A DNA stretch of 64,000 nucleotides from an uncultured Pseudomonadota bacterium (GCA_963770835.1 CAVYRH010000003.1:320001-384000); one strand, 5' to 3'; shown: positions 9,914-21,281, counted from the stretch's first letter. Translations and numbers: made by a program. Notes: generated by a model from the sequence alone, not told the origin.

Positions 9914-12900
9914 ATGAATTTAGACTTTAAAACTTGTTTAATAAATCTAAGAAGTTTTGACCTTTCTAAACTTCGAATAGTTTTCCTTTTGTTAATGACG
10001 TCGAGTACTTCCCCCCTGATGGCTCAAGTGCTTGGCAGTGCGAACCTTTGTCCGACTGGAGGAGGTCCGACCACCTATTCCGCGCACGCCACAACTTATA
10101 CCCTGGGTGGTACGGGAGCCTGTGGTTATCCTTCCGGATCCTTTGATCCGAATTATTACGCGGCTATTGCCGGAACCAGTAGTTACGGGGGGGATTACCA
10201 GAGCGGTGAAATTTGCGGGGCCTGCGCGGCTGCGTATTACGGCTCAAATGCCGTTACGGTAATGATTATTGATAATTGCTCTACTTGTGCTGACTCCAAC
10301 CAACTCGACCTGGGGCCTGTTGCCTTCAATGCCTTGACTGGCAATACGACGGGCGATTATGCCATCAACTGGAATTTTGTTCCGTGCCCATTGAGCCTGA
10401 TGACAGGCGATTCCTCCGGCGATATTTCCTACGAGTGGAAGCAATGCGGAAATGCGAATTATAATCCGATTCAATTTCTAGACACCTTATTTCCCATCAC
10501 GGCCGTCGGTTGGAGCACTGGCGCCACAGGCCCCTTTACCGCGCTTCAGGACGACTATAATAATGTTGGCGGGAATTCCTATTGGTCGAATGCCGGCCAA
10601 AACTTGAACGGGACTAACGGCCCCTTTTATTTTGCTGTTACGGACGCAAGAGGTGATACGGTCACATTAGGACCTATTAGCGGTACTACTTGTGGTGTCG
10701 CAGCGGCGAATGCCCAATTTAATGGTTGCGGGCCGACGGCCACGCCTACGATAACTGGGACACCCACTCGGACTGATACGCCCGGTGGCCCTCCTACCCC
10801 TACTTATACTTTTACCCCCGTCTCCAGCGGTGACTGCGTTTACGATTATGGGTCGGGTGCCGCCTGTACTTTTACCCAAAACGCCTCAATCGACAATTGC
10901 ACGACTTCCAGTAGTTCGCCTAGCACTCAAGCCATTAACCAGTTTTACGCTTATGGGGCATCGGGCGTGTCGGTTCTTTACTGCAGTGGCGACTCAGAAG
11001 GACCCAGTGGATCGGGCGCAGGAGGCGGATCCAACACGGTCAACCTTCAATGCGCTCCTCCCGCCAATGCCACCATCGTGGCGGCTTTTGTGGACGTCGT
11101 AGAATATAACGGCAACGCCAGCCCAAGCTTGGCCCCCAGCACGGGTCCTATTGTTGTTGCGGCTACCACGACAGGGGCCGGGGTGGCGTCGGGGTATGCC
11201 AATTTGTGGAATAAGTGGGACGACCCCCGGTATGGCTGGCAAGCCAGTTCTTATGGACAAACGGCCTGGAACGTTCGTTACAGCGTTCCTCTCAGCGCTA
11301 TTACTACCGGCACGACTTCCTATAGTGTTTCTTATCCCAACATTGGAAGCAATACAGTTTGGTCGGCATCGATGGTGGTGGTTTATACCATACCAGCGCC
11401 TAATGTTTGCGGCGCCATAGCTTTGGATGACGGCCTATTTTATTGGGACACCTTGGATGGGGAAGGACAGCAAGTTCTAAATGAAGGCATTACTCCCTGG
11501 GCCCCAACCTTGGACATGGGCTGTGTGGATCCCACCACGAGCTGTGCCACCAACCAGTTTTCCGTCATGGGAGGGAACCAATACGGGAGCTGCGCGAGCA
11601 ACCCAACCACCTTCCTGGACCAATTTTACGGCAATACTTCGGGAAGCGTTACCTTACAGTCCACTGCGGCCAATGAATGGAACCAGGCTACAGGGGGGCA
11701 GTGCGGAAACCTTTATGCTTTTGACGGAACCTACTCTGGGGTTCCTTTGTCAGGGACGGATAAAATGACCTGGGGGTTGGGGCAAGCCCTGGATTCGGGA
11801 GGAAAGCAAGAGTACTGGGTAAATATGCTGGCGGCCTATTGTAATGCAACTTGCATAACCCCTACCCCAACACCCACCCCATCTAAGACTCCGACACCCA
11901 CAGTACCCCCAACTTCTACCCCCACAAGAACAACTACTCAAACGGCTACATCGAGCACGACTTCGAGTGCTACTTCTACCACCACCAGGACGGCCACCCA
12001 GACGGCCACGACAACAGCCACCTCATCCACAACATCCACGGCGACTTCCAGCGCCACTTCTAGTGCTACATCCTCGGCGACAGCTTCAGCGACCACCAGC
12101 GCAACTTCCACCACCACCCGAACAGCTACCCAGACGGTTACCACAACAGCCACCTCGTCCACAACCTCCACGGCGACTTCCAGTGCCACTTCTAGTGCTA
12201 CATCCTCGGCGACAGCTTCAGCGACCACCAGCGCGACTTCCACTACTACCCGAACAGCTACCCAGACGACCACTACAACAGCTACCTCATCCACGACATC
12301 CACTTCAACGGTCACGGCCGTTGCGACCGCCACTAGTACTTCCGCAGCTACCGCTACGGCGACAGCGGTTGCTACAAGCACTGCCACATCCGTTCCCACG
12401 GCTACGGCCACTGCTATCCCAACTTCCACCAGTACCAGTACGGCAACCTCCATACCGACGAGCACTTCCACATCCACTTATTCGACAACGGCTACCGCTA
12501 CTGCCACCTCCACTTTTACCGAAACTTCGACAGCCACTTCTACCGCCACGGCGGTTCCGTCGGCCACGGCCACCAGCACCGCTACCATGACTGCAACCAA
12601 AACAATGACCGATACCCCCATTGACACCTCTACGGCAACTCAGACGGCAACCGATACGGCGACATCCACGGCCACTAATACCTTTACTGTCACGAACACG
12701 ACAACAAGCACATCCACGGCGACTGCAACCCGGACAGCTACTTCCACCAATACGGTGACGGACACCTATACACCCTCTAATACCGCGACCAATACAGCCA
12801 CAAATACAATGACGTCCACCGCAACCAACACCCATACGGCGACTAATACGGCTACCATGACGGCGACAGCCACAGCCACCAATACCTATACTTCTACTTC

Positions 12901-14704
12901 AACGGCTACCAACACAGCCACGGCAACGCCTAGCTTTACTCCCACCGATACCTTTACTGCGACTGATACCTTTACACCGACCAATACAGCCACTGATACC
13001 TTTACGACCACAAATACCGATACTTCGACGGATACAAAGACTCCCACGGATACCCCCACCGTCACCGCCACCTTTACGGCCACTTCCACGCCCACCAACA
13101 CTTATACCCCCACGAACACTCCGACTTTGACTCCCACTTGGACGTCCTCCAACACCCCCACGGAGACCGATACCTATACGGTAACCAAAACCTTCACTTT
13201 TACCTGGACGCCCACCTTCACTTTCACGCCCACCAATACCTGTACTTCCACCGCTACGGCTACACTGACTTCCACACCCACATTTACCGCTACCTCCACG
13301 GCCACAAAGACCTCGACCAATACGGCCACCGCCACAAGCACTAACACGGCCACCTTGACACCCACCGCAACAGCGACCTCCACAGCCACCTTTACCGCCA
13401 CTTCCACTTACACTTTTACACCCACTCCAGGGATTTCTATCACCAAACAGGTCTCGGAAACAGCAGCCCAGTCTGGTGATGTGGTCACCTACAGGCTGAT
13501 TCTCAACGTCGTCCAGTCTTCCGCTTCCTCGGTGACGGTGACGGATGTTTTGCCCTCCCAAATGACGTTTGAAGGGTTTGGTGCCACTCCGGCTGGCGGA
13601 ATTGCCAGCGCGGTTGGGAACAACCTGGCATGGGTCTTCCCAAGCCTGCCGGAGGGGGCCGTGACCATGACTTATCGTGCCCAAATCGCAAACTTTTTGG
13701 CCGGGGGAACGGTGTTGACCAACAACGCCCAATTGACCTATGCGGGGAACCCGGTTCCCCAGAAAGCCTCGGTAAATGTCACCATTGAGGCGGAATATAC
13801 GGTGAAGATAGGGGTGTATAACTCGGCTGGAGAGTTAGTGAAGCAAATTTACGTGAAGGAACTTTCACAACAGATCACCAATATCAGCCTGTTGCAGACG
13901 CCTACCATTACCAGCTTGCATGGGGTTGTATATGTGACCGTGGATGGGGTTCAACTCGCTTCTTGGGACGGAACGAACCAGGCGGGAGACCCGGTGAGTA
14001 ACGGTGTTTACTACGTCAAGGTGGATAACATTGATCCGAATGGGGTGGATACGAGTGTGTCGGAGACGGTGACGGTAAGCCGGTCGATCGCGAAGATCCA
14101 AGTGAACATCTACAACGAGGCTGGGGAAGTCATAAAGCATCTTTACGCCTATTCGGACGACCCAGGAAACATGAACCTGGGGGATGTGGCGTTTTCCAGC
14201 AGCGTGATCAAGCCGACGGTGGGGACGCCAACCTCCAACAGCACCAGCGATTTGACCCTGACCTTCCCGAATGGGACGACCGTGACTTGGGATGGGACCA
14301 ATGACAACGGGCAGATTGTGACCGACGGGACCTATGAAGTGGAAGTGAATTGGATGGACGGGAAGGGTGGCCAACAGGTTACCACTCATAACGTGACAGT
14401 AGAAAGAGGGAATAACTCGCCGGCGGGCGGGAACGTGTTTGCCTACCCGAATATTCTGAAGGGCGGGGCGACGTCGGTGACGGTGCAGATTAATTCGAGT
14501 CTGAGCCTGACGCTCACGGCCAGCGTGTATGACGTGGCGGGCGAGTTGGTGAAGAGGCCGGTTGTAAGCCCGGCGGGGACCGGAACGGCGCCGGTGGATG
14601 TATCGGGGCTGGCTAGCGGGCTTTATTTCATAGTGGTGGACTTAACGGACACAAACGGACATTTCATCCAGAAACAAGTGACCGAGATCGTTATCCGCAA
14701 ATAA
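9914..14704 (+). CDS. Large secreted protein: expansin-like (DPBB + CBM63) head, Cys-rich domain, Thr-rich stalk, DUF11-like and FlgD-Ig-like domains, T9SS-like C-terminal domain
   Basis: [24 protein letters not shown]...LDL..AF and INWNFVPCP (expansin D1); [12 protein letters not shown] (D2); ISITKQVS...GDVVTY (DUF11); WDGTN..G..V..GVY (twice); YPN...VYDVAGELV...LASGLY. Confidence 0.8.
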   Translation: MNLDFKTCLINLRSFDLSKLRIVFLLLMTSSTSPLMAQVLGSANLCPTGGGPTTYSAHATTYTLGGTGACGYPSGSFDPNYYAAIAGTSSYGGDYQSGEICGACAAAYYGSNAVTVMIIDNCSTCADSNQLDLGPVAFNALTGNTTGDYAINWNFVPCPLSLMTGDSSGDISYEWKQCGNANYNPIQFLDTLFPITAVGWSTGATGPFTALQDDYNNVGGNSYWSNAGQNLNGTNGPFYFAVTDARGDTVTLGPISGTTCGVAAANAQFNGCGPTATPTITGTPTRTDTPGGPPTPTYTFTPVSSGDCVYDYGSGAACTFTQNASIDNCTTSSSSPSTQAINQFYAYGASGVSVLYCSGDSEGPSGSGAGGGSNTVNLQCAPPANATIVAAFVDVVEYNGNASPSLAPSTGPIVVAATTTGAGVASGYANLWNKWDDPRYGWQASSYGQTAWNVRYSVPLSAITTGTTSYSVSYPNIGSNTVWSASMVVVYTIPAPNVCGAIALDDGLFYWDTLDGEGQQVLNEGITPWAPTLDMGCVDPTTSCATNQFSVMGGNQYGSCASNPTTFLDQFYGNTSGSVTLQSTAANEWNQATGGQCGNLYAFDGTYSGVPLSGTDKMTWGLGQALDSGGKQEYWVNMLAAYCNATCITPTPTPTPSKTPTPTVPPTSTPTRTTTQTATSSTTSSATSTTTRTATQTATTTATSSTTSTATSSATSSATSSATASATTSATSTTTRTATQTVTTTATSSTTSTATSSATSSATSSATASATTSATSTTTRTATQTTTTTATSSTTSTSTVTAVATATSTSAATATATAVATSTATSVPTATATAIPTSTSTSTATSIPTSTSTSTYSTTATATATSTFTETSTATSTATAVPSATATSTATMTATKTMTDTPIDTSTATQTATDTATSTATNTFTVTNTTTSTSTATATRTATSTNTVTDTYTPSNTATNTATNTMTSTATNTHTATNTATMTATATATNTYTSTSTATNTATATPSFTPTDTFTATDTFTPTNTATDTFTTTNTDTSTDTKTPTDTPTVTATFTATSTPTNTYTPTNTPTLTPTWTSSNTPTETDTYTVTKTFTFTWTPTFTFTPTNTCTSTATATLTSTPTFTATSTATKTSTNTATATSTNTATLTPTATATSTATFTATSTYTFTPTPGISITKQVSETAAQSGDVVTYRLILNVVQSSASSVTVTDVLPSQMTFEGFGATPAGGIASAVGNNLAWVFPSLPEGAVTMTYRAQIANFLAGGTVLTNNAQLTYAGNPVPQKASVNVTIEAEYTVKIGVYNSAGELVKQIYVKELSQQITNISLLQTPTITSLHGVVYVTVDGVQLASWDGTNQAGDPVSNGVYYVKVDNIDPNGVDTSVSETVTVSRSIAKIQVNIYNEAGEVIKHLYAYSDDPGNMNLGDVAFSSSVIKPTVGTPTSNSTSDLTLTFPNGTTVTWDGTNDNGQIVTDGTYEVEVNWMDGKGGQQVTTHNVTVERGNNSPAGGNVFAYPNILKGGATSVTVQINSSLSLTLTASVYDVAGELVKRPVVSPAGTGTAPVDVSGLASGLYFIVVDLTDTNGHFIQKQVTEIVIRK
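11972..12310 (+). repeat. Intragenic 132-bp (44-aa) tandem repeat, about 2.5 copies, in the Thr/Ser/Ala stalk
   Basis: Units start at 11972, 12104 and 12236 and encode [44 protein letters not shown]. Confidence 0.9.
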
Positions 14705-14779
14705 TTTAACCGTTCTCCGGGACATTTACGTTTCTCCCAATGTTTGATATTCTCCTGGCATTCCATCCAAGAGAAGGAC

Positions 14780-15367
14780 ATGAAAAACCTCCGCTCTCCG
14801 ACCGTTACAATGCCTTTGTTATTTCTAATGTTTTCGTTTCCGAGGTTGATTTCTGCTCAAGAAAGTGCTGATTCATCCCATCTGAGCGAGCCGAAATTAA
14901 AACCCATTGAAATCGAGTATCACACCCTGGGGGGGCTACAATATTCCCTAGACGGAAGGCTTCTAACCCGCTATCAGGATCTCCGGAATATTGTTTTGCC
15001 GTTAGGGGATTATGAGTCGGAACGGTTATTGAAACGATCCGAATCCTCCGATGTGAATTCTCAAATTTTTGGTACGGTAGGTTTTGTAAGCTTCGTGACG
15101 GGTGTGGCGGGTTTATTGACCTCGGGTTCCAGACAGCAAACTCCTTTTTGGGTTACAGCCATCGGTGGAGGTGTTTTAATCGATGTTGGAAGTCTGTTCC
15201 AATCGGAAGCCCAGACAACGAAATTTACCTGTGTCCAACGCTACAACCGGTTCGCAAGGGGAGAAGAGCAGATACTTCCCAAGGGACCGACGGATGAAAA
15301 GTCTCTTTTAAACTTTGGCTCCGAGGACGATTCCAAGACCTCAAAAGGGGGAGAGTATCCTCAATAA
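14780..15367 (+). CDS. Hypothetical exported/membrane protein
   Basis: AAGGA RBS, signal peptide and two Gly-rich hydrophobic segments. Confidence 0.6.
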   Translation: MKNLRSPTVTMPLLFLMFSFPRLISAQESADSSHLSEPKLKPIEIEYHTLGGLQYSLDGRLLTRYQDLRNIVLPLGDYESERLLKRSESSDVNSQIFGTVGFVSFVTGVAGLLTSGSRQQTPFWVTAIGGGVLIDVGSLFQSEAQTTKFTCVQRYNRFARGEEQILPKGPTDEKSLLNFGSEDDSKTSKGGEYPQ

Positions 15368-15370
15368 TCA

Positions 15371-15397
15371 GGAAACTTTTTTGCTTAAAACCTTGTA
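15371..15397 (+). promoter_or_regulatory. Possible ECF-type promoter
   Basis: GGAAAC-N17-TGTA upstream of the membrane protein/YceI operon. Confidence 0.3.
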
Positions 15398-15478
15398 TTT
15401 TCTAATAGTAACCATAAAGTCCATTAGAAATTGGGTGATATTGTGCGAGCCAAATACCAAAGGGGTTTCGATTTCAAA

Positions 15479-16078
15479 ATGATCAGGGCTTACTTTGTTT
15501 TTGCCATTGTTGCGTCAATAGCTTTAGGTTCGAAAGCATTGGCGGCTTCCAAACCCGAATCACAAGAAAAAACAAATACCCAAACTCCAATGTCCTTGGA
15601 GGATTTGGGGTTTTCCAAGGAAGATTTCCAAGCAGATCCCCAGTTTCAAAAGGAACTGGAAACCCGTTCCGATATGTTGCGAATTCACCAAACCTTGGGA
15701 CTTATTACGGCGGTGCCCATGACGACGGAGTTCGTACTCGGTATTGCCACTGCGGGGAATGTTTCCAAGGGTAGCACGAACACCACACTTCATACTACCT
15801 TGGGACTTGCAACTGTAGCTCTTTATGGGACAACGGCTTTATTCGAAATCCTGGCACCTAAACCCAAGGGGTTGAAACCAAGCGGGAACACTGAGATTCA
15901 TGAGGCACTTTCCTGGATCCATCTCCCTTTAATAGTGGTGGTACCCTTGGTGGGAGACATGATCAACGACCGTATCGCCAATAACCAACCCATTGGAAAC
16001 TTAGGAGTGGTTCATGGAGTTATGGCCACGACCCTCCTGACTTCTTATCTCGCCTCTTTAACCGTCATGACCTTTTAG
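15479..16078 (+). CDS. Membrane protein with His residues in TM helices (cytochrome b-like)
   Basis: Signal peptide then about 4 TM segments with His: RIHQTLG, LHTTLG, IHEALSWIH, VVHG. Confidence 0.5.
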   Translation: MIRAYFVFAIVASIALGSKALAASKPESQEKTNTQTPMSLEDLGFSKEDFQADPQFQKELETRSDMLRIHQTLGLITAVPMTTEFVLGIATAGNVSKGSTNTTLHTTLGLATVALYGTTALFEILAPKPKGLKPSGNTEIHEALSWIHLPLIVVVPLVGDMINDRIANNQPIGNLGVVHGVMATTLLTSYLASLTVMTF

Positions 16079-16085
16079 GAGACCT

Positions 16086-16652
16086 ATGAAACGCTCTCTA
16101 GCCTGGTTTTTCGCTTTTTTAACCCCAGCATTGGCTCTTTCGGCCGGAGAAAAGGCGCAGTGGACCCTGGAAAAGTCCGAAATTAGCTATACCGTCACTC
16201 ATCCTCTCCATGTTGTGAGCGGAAAGAGTTTGTCGGCTAAAGGAAAAGGTGTATGCTATGGGGGCCATTGCGACTTTTTGGTGGCTGTCCCCGTGAAATC
16301 CTTCGATTCGGGGGATGAAAACCGCGATCTCCATATGCTGGAGGTAACTCGGGCGGGTCTTTATCCTTTGATTGAAGTCGAGGTGGAAACGCCCGAAATC
16401 CGGTCCGGCCAAAATCCGAAAACTGTGACGGCTGATTTTGAAGTTGATTTTGCAGGTCAAAAGGTTGAATACCAAAAAGTTCAATTGGATGTACAGGATT
16501 GGAAGTCCGAGGAAACCCGCATCACCGGCGGCTTTACCTTGAGCTTGAAGGCTTTTAAGATCTCCCCCCCTTCCCTTTTAACGATGCCCGTGAAGGATGA
16601 TGTTCCGGTGAAGTTAGATATGACCTGGAAGCGGACTACTTCCAGCGATTAA
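16086..16652 (+). CDS. YceI-family lipid/polyisoprenoid-binding protein
   Basis: Signal peptide; SEISY...H..H.VSG, SFDSGDENRDLHM, YPLI and F.I.PP...V.DDV. Confidence 0.85.
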   Translation: MKRSLAWFFAFLTPALALSAGEKAQWTLEKSEISYTVTHPLHVVSGKSLSAKGKGVCYGGHCDFLVAVPVKSFDSGDENRDLHMLEVTRAGLYPLIEVEVETPEIRSGQNPKTVTADFEVDFAGQKVEYQKVQLDVQDWKSEETRITGGFTLSLKAFKISPPSLLTMPVKDDVPVKLDMTWKRTTSSD

Positions 16653-16682
16653 AACTATTTCATTAAGCGAGGGTTTGTTTTT

Positions 16683-17522
16683 ATGGCACAAACAATGGAA
16701 GCGATAACACTCAAAAACGAGGAGGCTAAGTCTGACATCCTCGAAAAGGCCAACGCCAAGACTTGGGATGGGCTTTCCCGCATGGCCTTCGCGGCCAATT
16801 GGGACCCGGAGGGTGCCATTGATTGGAACCAGCCCATCGAATTGGGTGGAATTAAAGAAGGCTGGATCAATATCCTCCACTATTTTTACGAGGGGGAATG
16901 GCAGGGGTTGGAAATCATCCAGCGTCTCATGAACAAAGCCGCCCACATGTTCAAAATCAACGAAATGGTTACCTATTACTCCACCCAGTGCTGCGACGAA
17001 GCCAAACACCTGTTCGTTTTTCGGAAGTATCTCTATAAGCTTAATTCTCCGCCAGCCAAACAAAAGGTGTTTGATTGGTTGGTCTGGTTGTCCACGAGTG
17101 GGCCAATGCCGGTGGAACGTTGGATACTGGCTACTTATTTCACCGAAACCATGGCTGGTGCCATTTTTCAAAAGTCATTGGAATTAGACAGCATCGATGC
17201 CACCGGAAAGGAAATGATCCGTCTCATGCTGAAAGACGAGTCCCGCCACATCGCCGGCACCAAACTTGGGGTCCAGACTTTGATGGACCATTCCGGACCC
17301 ATCAAAACCATTTTCCTTAAAATGTGGTGGAAATTATTCGTTCGTTTGGCCGTAAGAGAAGTCCGCAGCCTGAAACCCTATGGAGATCAGGTCGGCATGG
17401 ATCCAGAGTATATTCTGCAAAAGTTTTTCGCCAAGATGGCCGAGATGGAAGAATTCGACAAGAAGTTCTTGAGTGATGATTTCTGCAAAAGTTTTTTGAA
17501 AAAGACGAACGCTGCGGTCTGA
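16683..17522 (+). CDS. Ferritin-like diiron protein (AurF/oxygenase-like)
   Basis: E...DEAKH and E...DESRH diiron motifs; WDP..AIDW near the N-terminus. Confidence 0.75.
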   Translation: MAQTMEAITLKNEEAKSDILEKANAKTWDGLSRMAFAANWDPEGAIDWNQPIELGGIKEGWINILHYFYEGEWQGLEIIQRLMNKAAHMFKINEMVTYYSTQCCDEAKHLFVFRKYLYKLNSPPAKQKVFDWLVWLSTSGPMPVERWILATYFTETMAGAIFQKSLELDSIDATGKEMIRLMLKDESRHIAGTKLGVQTLMDHSGPIKTIFLKMWWKLFVRLAVREVRSLKPYGDQVGMDPEYILQKFFAKMAEMEEFDKKFLSDDFCKSFLKKTNAAV

Positions 17523-17581
17523 TCACGGCTGGGTTTTCCACCGGTTTTATGAACGGAGTTTTCGGCAATCTTCAGGGGGAG

Positions 17582-18088
17582 ATGATGGGTAAAAGACTTT
17601 ATGTTGGAAGCCTTCCTTTTGAGACGACAGACGCGCAGTTACAGGAACTTTTTTCGGCTTGTGGACGTGTTGAAAGCGCCAAAGTGATCATGGACAAGGT
17701 GTCGGGGCGCTCCAAGGGATTCGGGTTTGTTGAAATGGCCACGGATTTGGAAGCACAGGCCGCCATTCAAAAGTTTAACGGCGGTTCGGTTGGTTCCAGG
17801 ACCATCGTTGTCAATGAGGCACGCCCCATGGAAGACCGCAAAGGTGGGGGCGGAGGTTTCCAAGGTAACCGCGGAGCCGGCGGAGGCCGCCGAGAGGGTG
17901 GGTTCGGCGGAGGCAACCGCGAGGGTGGTTTTGGCGGGAACCGTCGGGAAGGTGGCCTTGGAGGTGGAAACCGCAGGGATGGTGGATTTGGCGGCGGGAA
18001 AGACGATTTTGGCGGGGGGCGCCGCAGAGACAATCGCGGAGGTGGACGCAAAAATTCCAACGGCGGAGACTTTGGAAACCGTTGGTAA
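17582..18088 (+). CDS. RRM RNA-binding protein with RGG/Gly-rich tail
   Basis: RNP2 LYVGSL, RNP1 KGFGFVEM, VVNEARP and repeated REGGFGGG. Confidence 0.95.
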   Translation: MMGKRLYVGSLPFETTDAQLQELFSACGRVESAKVIMDKVSGRSKGFGFVEMATDLEAQAAIQKFNGGSVGSRTIVVNEARPMEDRKGGGGGFQGNRGAGGGRREGGFGGGNREGGFGGNRREGGLGGGNRRDGGFGGGKDDFGGGRRRDNRGGGRKNSNGGDFGNRW

Positions 18089-18115
18089 TGACAAGTTAAG
18101 TTGATAACCTATCGG

Positions 18116-18147
18116 AAGCCTTCTTCGAATACGAAAGAAGGCTTTTT
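18116..18147 (+). terminator. Intrinsic terminator
   Basis: Stem AAGCCTTCTT/AAGAAGGCTT followed by a T tract. Confidence 0.75.
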
Positions 18148-18306
18148 GATTTAGAGTTCCAACAAAAGTCGCACAACAGAGTTAAATACAACCAAAAAAT
18201 CCCAATATCAAAAGAATTAATCTGATGCCTCTTCGATGTTGTTCGTGGCTCTGGGGTTTTTGAAGGGTTCCACCGCTTACCATTTTTAAAATACAAGGAT
18301 CGAACT

Positions 18307-19959
18307 TTGGGAAAACTTTCATTTATTCCGTTAGGTGGCCTAGGCGAAATCGGTAAGAACATGGCCTTGCTGGAGTACGAAGGCCAGGCGGTCATGATCG
18401 ACGCGGGGCTTATGTTCCCGGATGAGATGCACCCGGGGGTCGATTACATCATTCCCGACTTCAACTTCCTCGCGGAAACCCCGGGCCGACTGAAAGCCGT
18501 CCTCCTCACCCACGGCCACGAGGACCATATCGGGGCTGTTCCTTACCTCCTCCAGAAGCTCAATGTGCCTATTTATGGGACCAAGCTGACCTTAGGGTTT
18601 GTGAAGGCGAAGTTGGAAGAATTTAAACTGGAATCTCCGCCTACTTTCATCGAGGTGGACCCCAAGAAGCCCTTTGACGTGGGGCCTTTCCATATCGAAT
18701 TCATCCGGGTTACCCACAGTATCGTGGACGGGTGCGGAATCGCCATCACGACTCCCGCGGGAGTCGTGATCCACACAGGGGATTTTAAGATCGATCCGAC
18801 CCCTATGGACGGCGTCCCCATCGACCTTAACCGCTTCGCCGATTACGGTTCCAAGGGAGTTTTGGTGCTCATGTCCGATTCCACCAACGTGGAAAGGGAA
18901 GGCTACACCCTCTCGGAAAAGGTGGTGGGCGAGGAATTTGAGAGGATATTCCCCAAGGCTAAGCGCCGCATTATCGTGGCCTGTTTCGCCAGCAACATCC
19001 ACCGCGTCCAGCAAGTAATCGAGGCGGCCAAGAAGGTGGGCCGCAAGGTCTGCATCATGGGCCGAAGCATGGTGCGCAACACCCAGGTGGCCCGGGATCT
19101 GGGCTTCATGCACGTGCCCACCAACCTGCTGGTCCAGCCCGACAACCTGAAGGGGATGGATCCCAAGGAAGTGGTCATCGTGACCACGGGAAGTCAAGGG
19201 GAGCCCATGAGCAGCGTCTCCCGCATGGCCATGGGGGACCACAAGCAGATTTCCCTCCAACCGGACGACATGGTGCTCTTGTCCGCCCGCACGATTCCGG
19301 GAAACGAAAGGGCCATTTCCAACATCATCAACCTGCTTTACCGCCGCGGGGCGGAAGTCTTGTATGAGGCGGTTTCCGAAATCCACGTCTCGGGCCACGC
19401 CTGCCGGGAAGAACAGAAAATTATGATCGCCCTGGTGAAACCGAAGTATTTCATCCCCGTGCACGGGGAATACCGCCATTTGGTGTTGCACGCCCGCCTG
19501 GCCGAGGAAATGGGTCTCCCGCCGGAAAATACCATCATCTTGGAAAACGGCGAGAAGTTCATGATCGAGGGGGAAGAGGCGCGGATCGAGAAGGAACTCT
19601 CCAGCGGCACCATCCTGGTGGACGGAAAACACATCTCCGACGTAGGAGAAGTGGTGCTGCGCGACCGCTTGCACTTGTCCCAGGACGGCGTGGTGGTCGG
19701 GCTGGTCACGGTCGACATGGCCAAGGGTAAAATCGTTGGTGGGCCGGACCTGGTGACCCGTGGTTTTACCGAAAGTCTGTCGGACGAGCTGATGAATGAA
19801 GCCAAGGAATTGCTTAAAAGGACCCTGGAGGAAGAAATCCACGATAAGATCACCGACTGGTCCACCATCAAGGAGACCATGCGGAAAACGCTTCAAAAAT
19901 ATTTCTCTCAAAAGTCCAATCGCAGGCCCATGATCATGCCGGTGATCATGGAAATTTAG
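18307..19959 (+). CDS. rnj: Ribonuclease J
   Basis: PLGGLGEIGKNM, THGHEDHIG, HTGDFK, TGSQGEP, HVSGHA and PVHGEYRH. Confidence 0.97.
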   Translation: MGKLSFIPLGGLGEIGKNMALLEYEGQAVMIDAGLMFPDEMHPGVDYIIPDFNFLAETPGRLKAVLLTHGHEDHIGAVPYLLQKLNVPIYGTKLTLGFVKAKLEEFKLESPPTFIEVDPKKPFDVGPFHIEFIRVTHSIVDGCGIAITTPAGVVIHTGDFKIDPTPMDGVPIDLNRFADYGSKGVLVLMSDSTNVEREGYTLSEKVVGEEFERIFPKAKRRIIVACFASNIHRVQQVIEAAKKVGRKVCIMGRSMVRNTQVARDLGFMHVPTNLLVQPDNLKGMDPKEVVIVTTGSQGEPMSSVSRMAMGDHKQISLQPDDMVLLSARTIPGNERAISNIINLLYRRGAEVLYEAVSEIHVSGHACREEQKIMIALVKPKYFIPVHGEYRHLVLHARLAEEMGLPPENTIILENGEKFMIEGEEARIEKELSSGTILVDGKHISDVGEVVLRDRLHLSQDGVVVGLVTVDMAKGKIVGGPDLVTRGFTESLSDELMNEAKELLKRTLEEEIHDKITDWSTIKETMRKTLQKYFSQKSNRRPMIMPVIMEI

Positions 19960-19964
19960 GTCTT

Positions 19965-20303
19965 TTAATTTTCGTTGTGTCGACATCTATGCAGAGAATA
20001 TGGGGGGCCATCCACTGGATTTTTCAGGCGGCCCGCGCGGGCAGTCACACAGAGGTTGCCTGAAGCCAGTGAAATGTGAGGTTCCGCAAAGAAAAGGTCC
20101 AAGCAGTTATAAACCACCGAATGGTAACAGACCTTCAAAAGATGGTCGGTTTTCTTGGAGCAGACTGGAAGAGTTTTTTTCGATCCGAGAGCTTGGTCTA
20201 TTTTAGAGAAAGTCTTCGTCACCTGTACCCCGTCCTGGGTCAAAAGAAACAAACATTCAAGCTTGGGAAAAACTGTCAAGAGCTGTGGGAACCTTTCTTC
20301 CAT
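19965..20303 (-). pseudogene. Relic of a PDC/Cache-like sensor domain of the type found C-terminal to EAL domains
   Basis: LECLFLL..DGVQV, TDH.LK..Y and FAEPHISLASGNLCVT. The expected terminal strand ILCIDV is in a shifted frame. Confidence 0.55.
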
Positions 20304-20354
20304 CCTTCTCCAATATCTGCAACAAATACCCTTGGTTTAAAGGGTCCGGCCGGC

Positions 20355-21281
20355 TTAGTGGGTTTGTTCCGCTAGCCACCGCTCCGCTTCAATAGCCGCC
20401 ATGCAACCCATTCCCGCCGCAGAGATGGCTTGGCGGTAGTAATGGTCCGCCACGTCGCCGGCTGCGAAAACGCCGGGAATATTGGTGATGGTTTTTGGAG
20501 GGGACGGTAATTTTAGGTAGCCGACTTCGTCCATATCCAACTGGCCCTTAAAAATGGAAGTGTTCGGGGTGTGGCCTATGGCGAAAAAAAGACCGGTGAA
20601 AGGGTGTTCTTTTTCCTCGGCTGTTTTCAAGTTTTTGACCTTGAGCCCCTTCAGCTCTTTTTCACCAATCAGTTCCGTCACTACGGAATTCATCATCCAG
20701 TGAATTTTGGGATTGGCCTTGGCACGCGCCAACATGATTTTTGAAGCACGGAATTCGTCCCGGCGGTGAATGAGGGTCACGCTCTTGCCGAATTTCGTGA
20801 GGAATGTGGCTTCTTCCATAGCCGAATCGCCGCCCCCGACGACCGCGATTTCCTGGTTTTTGAAGAAAAATCCATCACAAGTGGCACAGGCTGAAACGCC
20901 ATGACCTACCATTTCCATTTCTCCGGGCACGCCGCCGTACTTAGCCGAAGCGCCTGTACTGATAATAACCGTTTCGGCTTCCAATACCTCTTTCTCGTCT
21001 ATCCAAAGCCTGAATGGCCGTTTTGAGAAATCGACTTTGTTGACGAAGCCCGTTTTGAAGCGGGTGCCGAACCGCGCCGCCTGTTGTTTCATGTTTTCCA
21101 TCAATTGAGGGCCCATGATGCCCTCGGGGAAACCGGGAAAATTCTCCACTTCAGTGGTGGTGGTTAACTGGCCGCCAGGCTGAGGTCCATCAATTAAAAG
21201 CGGGGCTAAATTAGCGCGGGAGGCGTAGAGCGCGGCGGTATAACCTGCCGGGCCAGAGCCGATGATGACCACTTTTTCCAT
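20355..21281 (-). CDS. trxB: Thioredoxin-disulfide reductase
   Basis: [24 protein letters not shown] and GDVAD..YRQA. Confidence 0.97.
   Translation of the reverse strand: MEKVVIIGSGPAGYTAALYASRANLAPLLIDGPQPGGQLTTTTEVENFPGFPEGIMGPQLMENMKQQAARFGTRFKTGFVNKVDFSKRPFRLWIDEKEVLEAETVIISTGASAKYGGVPGEMEMVGHGVSACATCDGFFFKNQEIAVVGGGDSAMEEATFLTKFGKSVTLIHRRDEFRASKIMLARAKANPKIHWMMNSVVTELIGEKELKGLKVKNLKTAEEKEHPFTGLFFAIGHTPNTSIFKGQLDMDEVGYLKLPSPPKTITNIPGVFAAGDVADHYYRQAISAAGMGCMAAIEAERWLAEQTH

Noticed and set aside
18592..19986. 464-aa antisense ORF over rnj, and similar shadow ORFs over ychF, the GT-C gene and the Thr-rich stalk
   Set aside because: Expected by-product of GC-rich codon usage or low complexity on the coding strand; no recognisable motifs.
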